Shown here one piece after another: positions 51,077 to 61,713 of a DNA stretch of 64,000 bases. Location of the stretch: the NCBI GenBank assembly GCA_964016885.1, contig OZ024742.1, forward strand, positions 210,862,001 through 210,926,000, in the 5' to 3' direction. Both the position numbers and the translations under genes were made by a program. The notes under the pieces were generated by a model that searched no databases, was not told where the DNA came from, and saw only the letters and a program-made list of their open reading frames with translations. The first letter of the stretch is position 1, and the number at the start of each line of letters is the position of its first letter. The stretch comes from Eledone cirrhosa. Its lineage: Eukaryota.

Positions 51077-52129
51077 ATTCGTACGAGTGGGCGAAGAGAT
51101 ATGGGTCAAGCTCCCGAACGCGCGTTGCACATCTCAATGAGGAAAGGGAACGATAACGGCTGTAAATTCCCAAAACAACGTGTCTGTGGATGGAATGCCA
51201 CGTCACCTCTTGGACGTCCGTAGAGTCATTGTTGTGGCGGACTCTGAGGAAGAGGAAAACGAAAGTGCCGTCCCAAAAGTGCGGAGATCACAATGGCGCC
51301 GCTGCCAACCTAGATGGATGGCGGATTTTAACATGGAGCAATGTGATGGGGGGATTGAACCTTGTGATCAGACGGGGCGTGTGGGGATGCCCTGAGATAG
51401 AAGGGGGTGGGGCTGCCGTAAGATAGAGGGGGTTGTGTAGAGCTGCCTGGGAGGGGATTGCCGAAAGTTGGGGGACGCCTGACTGGAAGCAGGAAGCCGG
51501 GGGGCGACACGAGGGTCCAAGCGGTGGGCAGCGGCCACTTGGCTGTTGGCTCTGTAACGAGACGGGTCATGTGAAGATAGACGCTTATGGAAGTACCCCA
51601 CGTGGACGGTGGAACGAGTGATAGAAAGACGCAAGGTAAGTCCGAATGCCTCCAGCTAGTTTCATTTAGGACGCCACAGTCAGTGACTCTTTTGCTCCCT
51701 CCCATATCCTGAATGCTGCAGTAAAAGCGAGGGTCACTGCTTCCGTAGCCGAACGGAATAAAATTGTAAAGTTCCGGGAATTATCGGTAAACTATTTCTT
51801 CCAGCCTTTGACGTTCGAGGCGTTTGGAGGAGCTGCGCCGCTAACAACGAAGTTCTTGGCATCGTTAGCGGCTCGCCTTATCGAGGTGTCAGGTGATGCA
51901 CATGAGAGTGCTAGGTTGTTTCAGAGCCTTCGCTTCACCATCACCCATGGTGATGTTACGAGTGTGTTGGCAGACCTCAAAAAGTATTAGAGGGAAGTTC
52001 CAATGCCTCTTGTGGTGTATGGCCGATTGACGCACTTAAGCGTTGGATTGATGTTTTTTTTTTTTACCGCTTTGATTGTATATTTTTGTTCGTTATATTT
52101 ATAGCAAGGAGAAATTCCCACAGTGATTT

Positions 52130-52985
52130 TCCGAAGCCTACGATAACCAGGGCACTGATATATGACCTCCGATGCATAACTTAGGCACATAGAAGAACTA
52201 TAGCGCCAAAATTAGACAGATAAGTAATGAACGATTGCAAGAAAGATAGCTGGGGTATTATGGCCCGGTCATTCTGTCGACACAGTCCGCCATATAACGG
52301 TACTACTACCTCTGCTGACAACATAACTGTCTGACTACAAACTTGTCGCTTTTTAAGGGAACATCCCATGGTAAATAAAGAGTCCTTTTAAGGGCTACCC
52401 TCAGATCCGATCAGACTGTATGCGATAACAGTCCTTTTAAGGGCTATTCTCGGATCTGATCAGAAGTAGTGACTAGACTGACTAACCACGACGCTACATA
52501 TTAAACCAGAATTGTTGGTACTCATCTTGTTCGTCATTTCTTTCACAACAAATAAACTTCGTTTCAATTGGTGACCACGAACGCACGGATCATTCACAAA
52601 CCTTAACACCTAACTCTAGATTTGGGTTTCCGCCAAGTTTCCAGTGGATTTTTGTCATCGCCAAGTTGCCGACTCCGATCCTATGAGCAGGTGGATGTTA
52701 AAGATAACAGACTAAATGTGCGCGGTATCAGCCTTCTTTCTTGAACCCAGTGCAGTCCGGCAGATACGATGCTATTCTGCGTAGACACCCCGACATCACG
52801 CGCCCGGTGTTGAACAGTCGGCCTGTGTTACGCATCATTTTGTGAAACTCAATAAGTATGCTTTGCCTTACATACTGGACTTCTCTGCTACCCTACATGG
52901 ACCTAGGGTCTTTTCCAAAATCGACCTTGTGTGGGCGTACAGCCAGATTCCTATTGAACCGGATGATATTCCGAAAACCAAGTCC
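52130..52985 (+). mobile_element. CsRn1-type Gypsy remnant (LTR, tRNA-Trp-like PBS, RT fragment)
   Basis: AATAAA..TTTCA-AT-TGGTGACCACGA at about 52569; KYALPYILDFSATLHGPRVFSKIDLVWAYSQIPIEPDDIPKT. Confidence 0.65.
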
Positions 52986-52989
52986 TTCT

Positions 52990-53135
52990 TTTACGGTGGA
53001 GCGAATTCCAAGAAGGAACCTTATAAATATAATGCACAAAAACACATAAGCAAAGTGAGAGAAATTAAAAAACAAAAAAAAATCAATTCAACACTAAGTG
53101 CGTCAGTCGGTCACACACCACAAGTATCATGAGCC
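52990..53135 (-). mobile_element. CRE-like element 3' UTR fragment (copy 3)
   Basis: Reverse complement aligns to 52000-52110 and 59700-59840. Confidence 0.6.
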
Positions 53136-53155
53136 ATAAGTATATATAAAATCTA

Positions 53156-56100
53156 TGTAGTGACCCCTAGCGTCGAGAACTCAGAAGTAATGAGAGTTAC
53201 GTCCCTTGGGGACTATAAATTGAGAGATTGAGAGTGCTCTTCCTCTTACAACGCAAAAGCCCTGCAGAACAGATGCAACTTTGCATTCTCCCACATTTGA
53301 GTTCACCCACAACACGTGGCGTGAACATGCCAAGAGCAACTCTCTCACTAACAGCCTCATGAACCAACAACGAATAACATTGTCAACCTCCGCAACTCGT
53401 GGTAACTTGTTTTATTGTACTTTTTGATAGATGTGAAATAAACCTATATATATGGAGAAAAATTACTTATTCTTGTTCTTACATCTAACAACTGTTATAA
53501 ACCTTCTAAAAGCAAGAGGATCTATTTTCTTTTTCCCCTGTGTTCGAGGTATTTTTCTTTACGAAGACACATTTTGCCGCTTACTAAGATTGCACCAATG
53601 GCATCTCATTCTATTCTCCCTACTTATACGGGCGACGTGAAGTTATGGTTCGCTCAAATGGAAATATTTTTCGAGGCTAACAACATCGCTGAGGCACAGC
53701 AACGTCCCTTCGTCCTTAGTGCCATTCCTCCGACACTTCTCCCAACTATTAAGGATCTCGTATTGGAGACACCGACTGACGCTATTTATAAGTCTTTGAA
53801 GGTTGCAATACTCAGCCGGACTGCACAGTCCGCCGAGAAACGCTTTAGAGCTTTGGTCCATTTGGAGCATATCGGGGATGGCACTCCATCGAACCTCTTA
53901 CCTCGAATGAAAGACCTAACAGTAGCGAAAACTGCGATATTGAAGCAGTTGTTTTTCTCACGGCTACCGACCAAAGTCCAAGCAATTTTGGCCCCCATTA
54001 GGGATACATGTTCTGTGGACCAGCTGGCCGCCTCTGCGGACAAGGTTTTTGAGGTCACGGGTACTGGAGGAAGCGAGGCCCTTGCTGCTGTTTCTCACCC
54101 AGCTCGGGCCACACCTAGCCATGCCACCTGTGCGGCAACTCAGACAGACAACGTAGCTATAATGGCTATGCAAAAAGCTATTCTGGAACTCACCCTGGAG
54201 CTACAGAGGTTGAAGGCCTCTGGTAATGCTCGTTCTCGCTCGCGCAGCCGCGGTAGATCTACCTCTTTCAGACACCGCCCCAGGTCTTCATCTGTATGCT
54301 GGTACCACGAGCGTTTTGCCGAGAACGCGAACCACTGTAAACAGCCTTGTTCTTTTGTGAAGTCGGGAAACTCCAGAGAGGTTCGCTGAGGGCGGCAGTT
54401 GGCCTCAGCGTAAAGCACCCGAACCACCACTTCTTCATCAAGGACCTCCTGTCTGGAAGAGCCTTCCCCGTGGATACAGGAGCCTCCTGTAGTATTTGGC
54501 CGGTCCATTGCCTAAATGATAACCGCGCGGAGTCATCCGTTACTCTGCAGGCCGTTAACTACTCGCCTATAAAGACGTACGGACAAATCTCGCTTCCCCT
54601 CAAATTCCAAAATCTTCGTAGGGATTTTAAATGGATTTTTACGGTCGCTGACTTGCATTACCCAATCTTAGGAGCGGATTTCCTCCACAATTTCTCCTTG
54701 ACTGTGGATGTCCGAGGCCAACGTCTAGTGGTTTCTCAATTCGTGGCCGAAAAGCCAGTGCTCCAACGGTCAGCCCAACCTTCTTCATCGCTGCCGCTAG
54801 AAACGCCTACCATTCGTTGTTAGAATCGTTACCGGAGCTCATCGATGGAAATTTTCGAGTTACCGAGCCAACTCACTCAACCGAACGTTTATTTCCACAA
54901 TCGGTGCTCCAGTATTTTCACGTCCACGTTGTTTACCGGCAGACAAGTTAAAGGCAGCACGGTCCGAGTTCGACCATATGCTGCAGCTGGACATTATTCG
55001 CCCAATTTACGAGTCCTTGGGCTTCCCCGTTACATATGGTGCCCAAGACTTCTGGCGACTGGAGACCCACTGGGAATTATAGGAAATTAAACGCGATGAC
55101 CGTCCCGGATAGATATCCGATTCCCCACCTCCAGGATTTCGCATCTTCGTTGCAGGGTGGTAAGATTTCCTCCAAACTCGATTTAGTGCGAGCTTACCAC
55201 CAAATTCCGGTCAGGAATGAAGACATTCCGGAAACAGCTATTACGACTCCTTTCGGATCCTTCGAGGATTTGACCATGACTTTTGGACTCAGGAATGCCG
55301 CTAGCACTTTTCAACGGTTCGTAGACGAGGTCACTCGTAGTCTGGACTTCGTTTATGCATATATAGATGATCTTCTCGTCGCTAGTTCCTCCCCAGAAGA
55401 GCATATGCGTCACCTGAACCTTTTATTTTGCCGAATCCAGGATTACCGCGTTCGAGTGAATCCTGCAAAGTGTGTTTTCGGATCTGCTTCATTGAATTTT
55501 TTAGGTCACATCATCGACGCCGATGGTATTCGACCCCTTCCACAGCGAGTTAAGGCTATACAGGATTTACCTCCGCCTACCTCACTTCGCCAGTTGCGTC
55601 ACTTCCTAGGCCTAATCAATTTTTATAGACGTTTCGTTCCTCAATGTGCAAAATTACTGCTTTCCCTTACCGAGATTTTGAAAGATCGTCGTAAGAAGAA
55701 TGAGGATATTTCCTTGACACAAGCACAACTCGAAGATTTCCAGACTGCCAGGACAGCACTTGCTAATTCATCTTTGCTAGCCCACCCAGTATCAGAGGCC
55801 AAGCTTTCGCTTTGTGTCGATGCATCTGATACCGCTGTGGGAGCAGTTTTACAACAGTATAACGCTGAAATACAACAACCTTTGGCATTTTTCTCCAGGA
55901 AGCCGAAACCGACAGAAACTCGTTACAGCACGTTTGGTCGGGAGTTATTAGCCTGTCTGTCGGTGAAACATTTTACTCATATTCTTGAGGGAAGAAATTT
56001 TACGGTTTTCACTGACCACAAACCTCTGACCTTCGCTTTGAGGGCTAAAGCCGACAAATATTCGCCCAGGGAGACAAGGCACCTCGATTACATTTCGCAG

Positions 56101-58518
56101 TTTACCAATGATATCCAGCACATTGTTGGCTCACTAAATACAGCTGCCGACGCCTTGTCACACTTGCCAATCAGCTCGATTTCGTCATCCCAGATTGAAG
56201 TCGTTTGGCAGCAGACCAACTTGCACTCGAATCGTTGGATACTTCATCAACCGAACTTGTGAGTTGCAACCTGAAATATCTGCCCTTGTCGACTTCCGAC
56301 AGGCAGATTCTCTGCGATGTATCTACGGATTCACCACGACCTTATGTTCCCGAGATACACCGTCGAATTGTGTTCCTTGCTTTGCACAGCATTTCTCACC
56401 CAGGATCTTCAGCCAAAATAAAGCTCATAACGGCTAGATTTTTCTGGCCAAATATGAGGCGAGAAATTATTGATTGGTACCGTTCCTGCATACAGTGTCA
56501 AAAATCTAAAGTCCACAGACACATCCGGTCTCCACTTGGTACTTTCAGTACACCGGATGCTCGTTTTTAACACATCCACATTGATATCGTTGGACCTTGG
56601 CCAGTCAGTAGTGGATATTCTTACCTTTTGAGCTGCATTGATCGTTTTGCGCGATGGACTGAAGCCATCCCCTTAAAGGACATTACCGCTGAGACGATAG
56701 CGTGTGCCCTGGTATCAGGGTGGATGCCCGCAAGGACGTGCCAACCACAATTACTACAGACCGTGGTAGGCAATTCGAATCACATCTTTTCTCAGAGTTG
56801 ACAAAAATTATTGGCGTTCAACGCATTCGGACCACATCTTACTATCCTGCTTCAAACGGAATGGTGGAGCGTTTTCACCGCCAATTAAAGGTCGCTCTTC
56901 GTGCCTATCCAGACTCTCTACGCTGGAGCGAGTACCTTCCTATTGTGTTGTAAGGAATTCGGTCTTTAATAAAGGAGGACCTTGGGTTCTCCCCGGCTGA
57001 ATTGTTGTAGAGTGCTCCTCTAGCGTTGCCTGGGCAAATGCTTGCCCCTGTTGATCTTGCTATTCAATATCCTCTTTCCTACGTATCTCGTTTGCGCTCA
57101 TATTTTCAGGACTTACCGCCTATGGATACCAGGAAACAAACTATTAAAAATGCAGTCCCGAGGGATATTGCCTCGTGGACCCATGTCTTTGTCAGAAACG
57201 ACGCTGTTAGTCCACCTCTCACACAACCGTACTCTGGACCCTACCGTGTGTTATCACGTACTGACAAACATTTCACTGTAGACATTAAGGAATCCAGAGA
57301 GACAATTTCGGTTGATAGACTAAAAAGGACATACACAGACGCTCATACACCTGAGCCACAAATACGCCAATCTTTCTCTATTGTACATACACCTGCTCCT
57401 TCTGCCCCACCTTCACCTACTTACAAGACCACGACCCGCTCCGGTCGAAGAGTCCACTGGCCCAAAAACTCTGTCAAACTCTTTTTCCTTGTATTGTGTA
57501 TGCATGTACCATTTTTTTATTTCATACCTTTGCTATGATCCCATTCTTGCGGGTTCGCTACAATTACCTTCGGGTGGTTCGCCTATCGTCTGGAGGAGGG
57601 TATTGTAGTGACCCCTAGCGTCCAGAACTCAGAAGTAATGAGAGTTACGTGTCCTGGGGACTATAAATTGAGAGACCGAGAGTGCTCATCCTCTTACAAC
57701 GCAGCAGCCCTGCAGAACAGATGCAACTTTGCATTCTCCCACATTTGAGTTCACCCACAACACGTGGCGTGAACATGCCAAGAGCAACTCTCTCACTAAC
57801 AGCCTCATGAACCAACAACGAATAACATTGTCAACCTCCGCAACTCGTGGTAACTTGTTTTATTGTATTTTTTGATTGAAGTGAAATAAACCTATATATA
57901 TGGAGAAAAATTACTTATTCTTGTTCTTACATCTAACAACTGTTATAAACCTTCTAAAATCAAGAGGATCTATTTTCTTTTTCCCCTGTGTTCGAGGTAT
58001 TTTTCTTTACGAAGACACATTTTGCCGCTTACTAAGATTGCACCAATGGCATCTCATTCTATTCTCCCTACTTATACGGGCGACGTGAAGTTATGGTTCG
58101 CTCAAATGAGGCACAGCAACGTCCCTTCGTCCTTAGTGCCATTCCTCCGGCACTTCTCCCAACTATTAAGGATCTCGTATTGGAGACACCGACTGACGCT
58201 ATTTATAAGTCTTTGAAGGTTGCAATACTCAGCCGGACTGCACAGTCCGCCGAGAAACGCTTTAGAGCTTTGGTCCATTTGGAGCATATCGGGGATGGCA
58301 CTCCATCGAACCTCTTACCTCGAATGAAAGACCTAACAGTAGCGAAAACTGCGATATTGAAGCAGTTGTTTTTCTCACGGCTACCGACCAACGTCCAAGC
58401 AATGTTGGCCCCCATTAGGGATACATGTTCTGTGGACCAGCTGGCCGCCTCTGCGGACAAGGTTTTTGAGGTCATGGGTGCTGGAGGCAGCGAGGCCCTT
58501 GCCGCTGTTTCTCACCAC
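53156..58518 (+). mobile_element. CsRn1-clade Gypsy LTR retrotransposon (LTR-gag-pol-LTR) followed by a tandem partial second gag
   Basis: LTR starts TGTAGTGACCCC at 53156 and 57604; PPT TGGAGGAGGGTAT; gag 53574-54389 with CWYH..C..C; protease VDTGA; RT YIDD; RNase H; integrase (GPY); frameshifts and stops in pol. Confidence 0.92.
54365..54410 (+). other. Putative -1 ribosomal frameshift signal (gag-pol)
   Basis: Slippery G GGA AAC in the gag frame, pol ORF in the -1 frame, downstream 8-bp stem CGCTGAGG/CCTCAGCG. Confidence 0.65.
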
Positions 58519-58519
58519 C

Positions 58520-58660
58520 TTTGCATTCTGAGGTTAGCTTTTCCTTTCATCCTTACGGGGTCCGTAAAACTAAACTAACAGTAACGCACTGAGGTCGATT
58601 TAATCGACCTTCCTCTTCCCTTCAAATTGTTAGCCTTGTGCCAAAATTAGAAACAAATAT
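58520..58660 (+). mobile_element. Family-A SINE fragment at the truncation point of the duplicated gag
   Basis: CCTTTCATCCTTACGGGG core and TAGAAAC tail. Confidence 0.7.
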
Positions 58661-59629
58661 TCTGCTGCATTTAATTATATCTCTTTCCTTACGACTATGT
58701 CTTGCTCATGCGTTCCATTTGGGGATGGTTCCTACGTCTGGATGTCCTTCTTGTTGCCAACCACTTCTAGGCGTGTACCAGGTTTGTTTTCTCGTGGTGC
58801 CACTACTTGTTCTTGATGGGGTGGATTAGGTGCTTTTTCCCTCTTTTTCATGACACCAGTACTGCTACTTTACAGTCTGGGTTCGGGGGTGCACTGAGCT
58901 CGGTAGCAAAATCTGTTCACACATAATGACTCCCGAATGACATCTGGCTGTTATTTCTGTTTGTCTCGGTTGGCGTCAGTTGTCTGGCCAGCTTGGGGTG
59001 AAGTGAGATAAGTTTTTTTTCTTTAAGCCTTTCAACTCTGGTATCTCGGAGTGCTCAAACAAGTAGCGAGATGTAGCACTTAGCAAAACGCCATGGTCCT
59101 GTCGACAAGGGCCCGACAGCAATCCTTCCACCAGCACTTCAACCACGCACAAAGAGAATCATCTGCCTCTTGATAGAGATGACATAGCTTCTTTGCACTG
59201 CGCGCTTACCTATGCTGATAATACTGATTTGTCACCTTCTAATTGAGCATAGCACATTTAAACAAAGATTCTCCAGCAAAACACAAAGGACTTATCGAAC
59301 ACTGTGAGTGCTACCATCAAACTTTATATTTTTATGATTCGAAGTAATCATGTTCCTTTTCCTTTTTGTTGAAGTGAAGTAAAGTTATATATCTAACAAA
59401 ACAACCACTAACTTCGCTTTAACCATACCAAATTCGTTTTGTATTTTATAGAGCAAAGAAAATCCCTTCCAGTCGAATTACCGTTTGAGAAAGATATGAA
59501 TATCATACAATCTTATTTCATTACTTATAAATTTATCAGCGCCCGTGTCTAATCAGGAAATTATTACTGGAGATTTATAGATATCAGAAGTAGAGGATAT
59601 TAACATGTTTTTACTCAGTTGTATAAATA

Positions 59630-60370
59630 GTTGTTAACAATTCTTTCAGAATGAAAATATAAAAACAAATATAAACACATATAATAAATACAATTAACTA
59701 TTTGCTAGGAACCTCACAAATATAACGCACCCCCAAAATATACGATCAGAGCGAGAGAGGGGGGGGGGGGGGGGCAACAAAAACAAAAACAACCATTAAT
59801 TCACCACCAAGTGCGACATCGGTCGCACATCACAAGGGTGAACGGAAATGTTTGAAGGAAGCCAATACGCTCCCAGCATTACCACGGGTGATGGCGAGGC
59901 TAAGGCGCTGAAAAAACCAGGTACCCTCATGGGCATCACCTGATACTTCAGTAAGGCGAACCGCCAACGATGACAAAGAACTTCGATGTCAACTGCCCAG
60001 CTCCACCAAACGTCTCGAGCGCCACAGGATGGAAAAAATAATTGTTTGATAGTTCCCGGTATTTTCGGATTTTATTCCGTTCGACATCTATGATAAGGAA
60101 AGGAGCTTCTTACCATCATATCTGGATAATCCAGCCGCAGACCTGTCAACTCTCCCCGTCCGACGGGGATATCTCCCACCCACTTTGGGTGGGTGAGATA
60201 TATCTTGTGAAAATGGGTATAGCTGTCATTATGTAAAATCTCCCATTTTGCCTCATTTATCCCTGTTTGGGGCACTTTTTTATGGTATTCCCCGTTTGGG
60301 TTTTTAGAGGTTGGCAGGTCTGCAGCCGGCTCCAGAACTGAGGGGATATTTACCGGAGCTAAGGCCCATG
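59630..60370 (-). mobile_element. CRE-like RLE non-LTR 3' part (copy 4), internally deleted and interrupted by a MITE
   Basis: PVALETFGGAG...FQRLSLAITRGNAGSV; 3' UTR shared with copy 1. Confidence 0.78.
60138..60322. mobile_element. 185-bp MITE with a 6-bp TSD (CAGCCG)
   Basis: TIRs CAGACCTG(T/C)CAAC; the empty site is seen in the other CRE copies. Confidence 0.8.
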
Positions 60371-61611
60371 ATTGTTAAAATGTTGGCAGCTCAGCAATCT
60401 CTCTGTGTATGTGTGTGTGTCGGGAGGGTGTTTTAAAAAGCTACTACATACAAGATGGAAATATAGTAGTGAAAACAAGCAAAACAAAAGCAAAAGCTAA
60501 TACTTTATCCTTATATTAGAATGTTTCAGCTTATCATGGCACCAGCACCAGGGAGGTTGACATGCTTTGGACATGGTTTCTGCAGCTATCACCAATCACC
60601 GTACAGAGTGTAATTTCTATAGCCCCAGCACCAGGGAGGTTACCAGTCATTAACACAACCGAAGAGTCCTCCCTGCCCTGGCAGGGTAGAAAGTATGCCA
60701 TGGGTACTTCTTACCCTTCCCCCATATGTATATTTATATATATATGTGTAGGTGGGTGTGTGTATGTTTGTATGTATATTCAGACACAATTGCGCACAAC
60801 GACGAGGGAATTGTTATAACGAATAAATAATATCATTAAAAAATAATTGTCTTTAATTATGAATACTGATGATATTTGTTGGTAAATTACAAAATTTGGT
60901 AATATTAAGCGCCTCCAAAAGTGGCGTTGTACTGAAGAAAATGTTTGTAGACGCCATAAAAAAAATTGATAAACTGTTAAAGTCGCTTAAGCTACTTAAA
61001 ATAAACAATGACAATCTTCTCGATTTAATAATTTATATTCATTTAATAACCAATGTGATGAAATTCACTAGAAAATGTTTAATATGCAAATCAATTTTCT
61101 GTGAGATATATTTTGACAATTTAAGCTCGCCTGGTGAGTCTCGAGTAAATATTAGCGCATGGCAGGTTTCTTGCTTGACAAGAAAATAAACATTGTTTAG
61201 CAATGAAAATAAATATTATTCCAGGAATTTTTTTTGTGGTTGGTATTTAATGATAGAAAATTTTATTCAGTTATTTTCAATAAATTATTGCTGATGGAAT
61301 GGAATAAATATTAATTCGGAGAGGTGTCCCGGCAGTTATCTCTCTCTCTCTTCCTCCACTCTCTCAAATTCGATATATAACTGCTTTCTATTCCGTGTAA
61401 TCTCACATGTGAGATTCGTTGTTGTTTTTGTAATTTGTTGTTCTTGTTCTTTTAATTTAGTTTGTATTTAAGCGGCCTCATATTGAAATATGTAATGAAA
61501 GCACCTGTACAAGTTTCTAATTTTCTAAGGTATCGACCAAACATTAATTGATACTTTTGAGTGTCTTCATCAAAACAGAAACTGAAGAGTAAACTTACTG
61601 TCCATCGAATC

Positions 61612-61713
61612 ATGCCAATACAACTCCACAGTAAACGGACTAACAAAATATCTTTGTTCCATTCAATAGTTCAATCACAATATTCTGGACATGGATATAC
61701 TCGTTTAGCAGAG
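61612..61713 (+). CDS. Possible first coding exon of a downstream gene (MPIQLHSKRT...YTRLAE)
   Basis: ATG, 34 open codons, strong donor GAG|GTAAGA, TATATAA at about 61374; no recognisable homology. Confidence 0.3.

Larger units (their letters stand above)
47536..51658 (+). mobile_element. Compact Gypsy-like LTR retrotransposon 2 (complete, decayed): 5' LTR 47536-47741, 3' LTR 51380-51658, TSD GTTTC
   Basis: Gag with zinc knuckle (CFRCQGPHMVRDC), protease, RT (YIDDILV), RNase H and integrase; PPT GATCAGACGGGGCG; proteins homologous to element 1. Confidence 0.92.
46735..52110 (+). mobile_element. CRE-like RLE non-LTR element (copy 2) split by an LTR-element insertion (parts 46735-47535 and 51659-52110)
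   Basis: Removing the insert restores RPDGFILCPWVRGKCFI*DATVSDSFAP, collinear with copy 1. Confidence 0.82.

Noticed and set aside
59072-59316. TGTAGCACT...AGTGCTACCA possible solo LTR
   Set aside because: Imperfect end, no TSD and no second copy in the window
60869-61189. 106-aa AT-rich ORF
   Set aside because: Low-complexity composition, no motifs and no splice support
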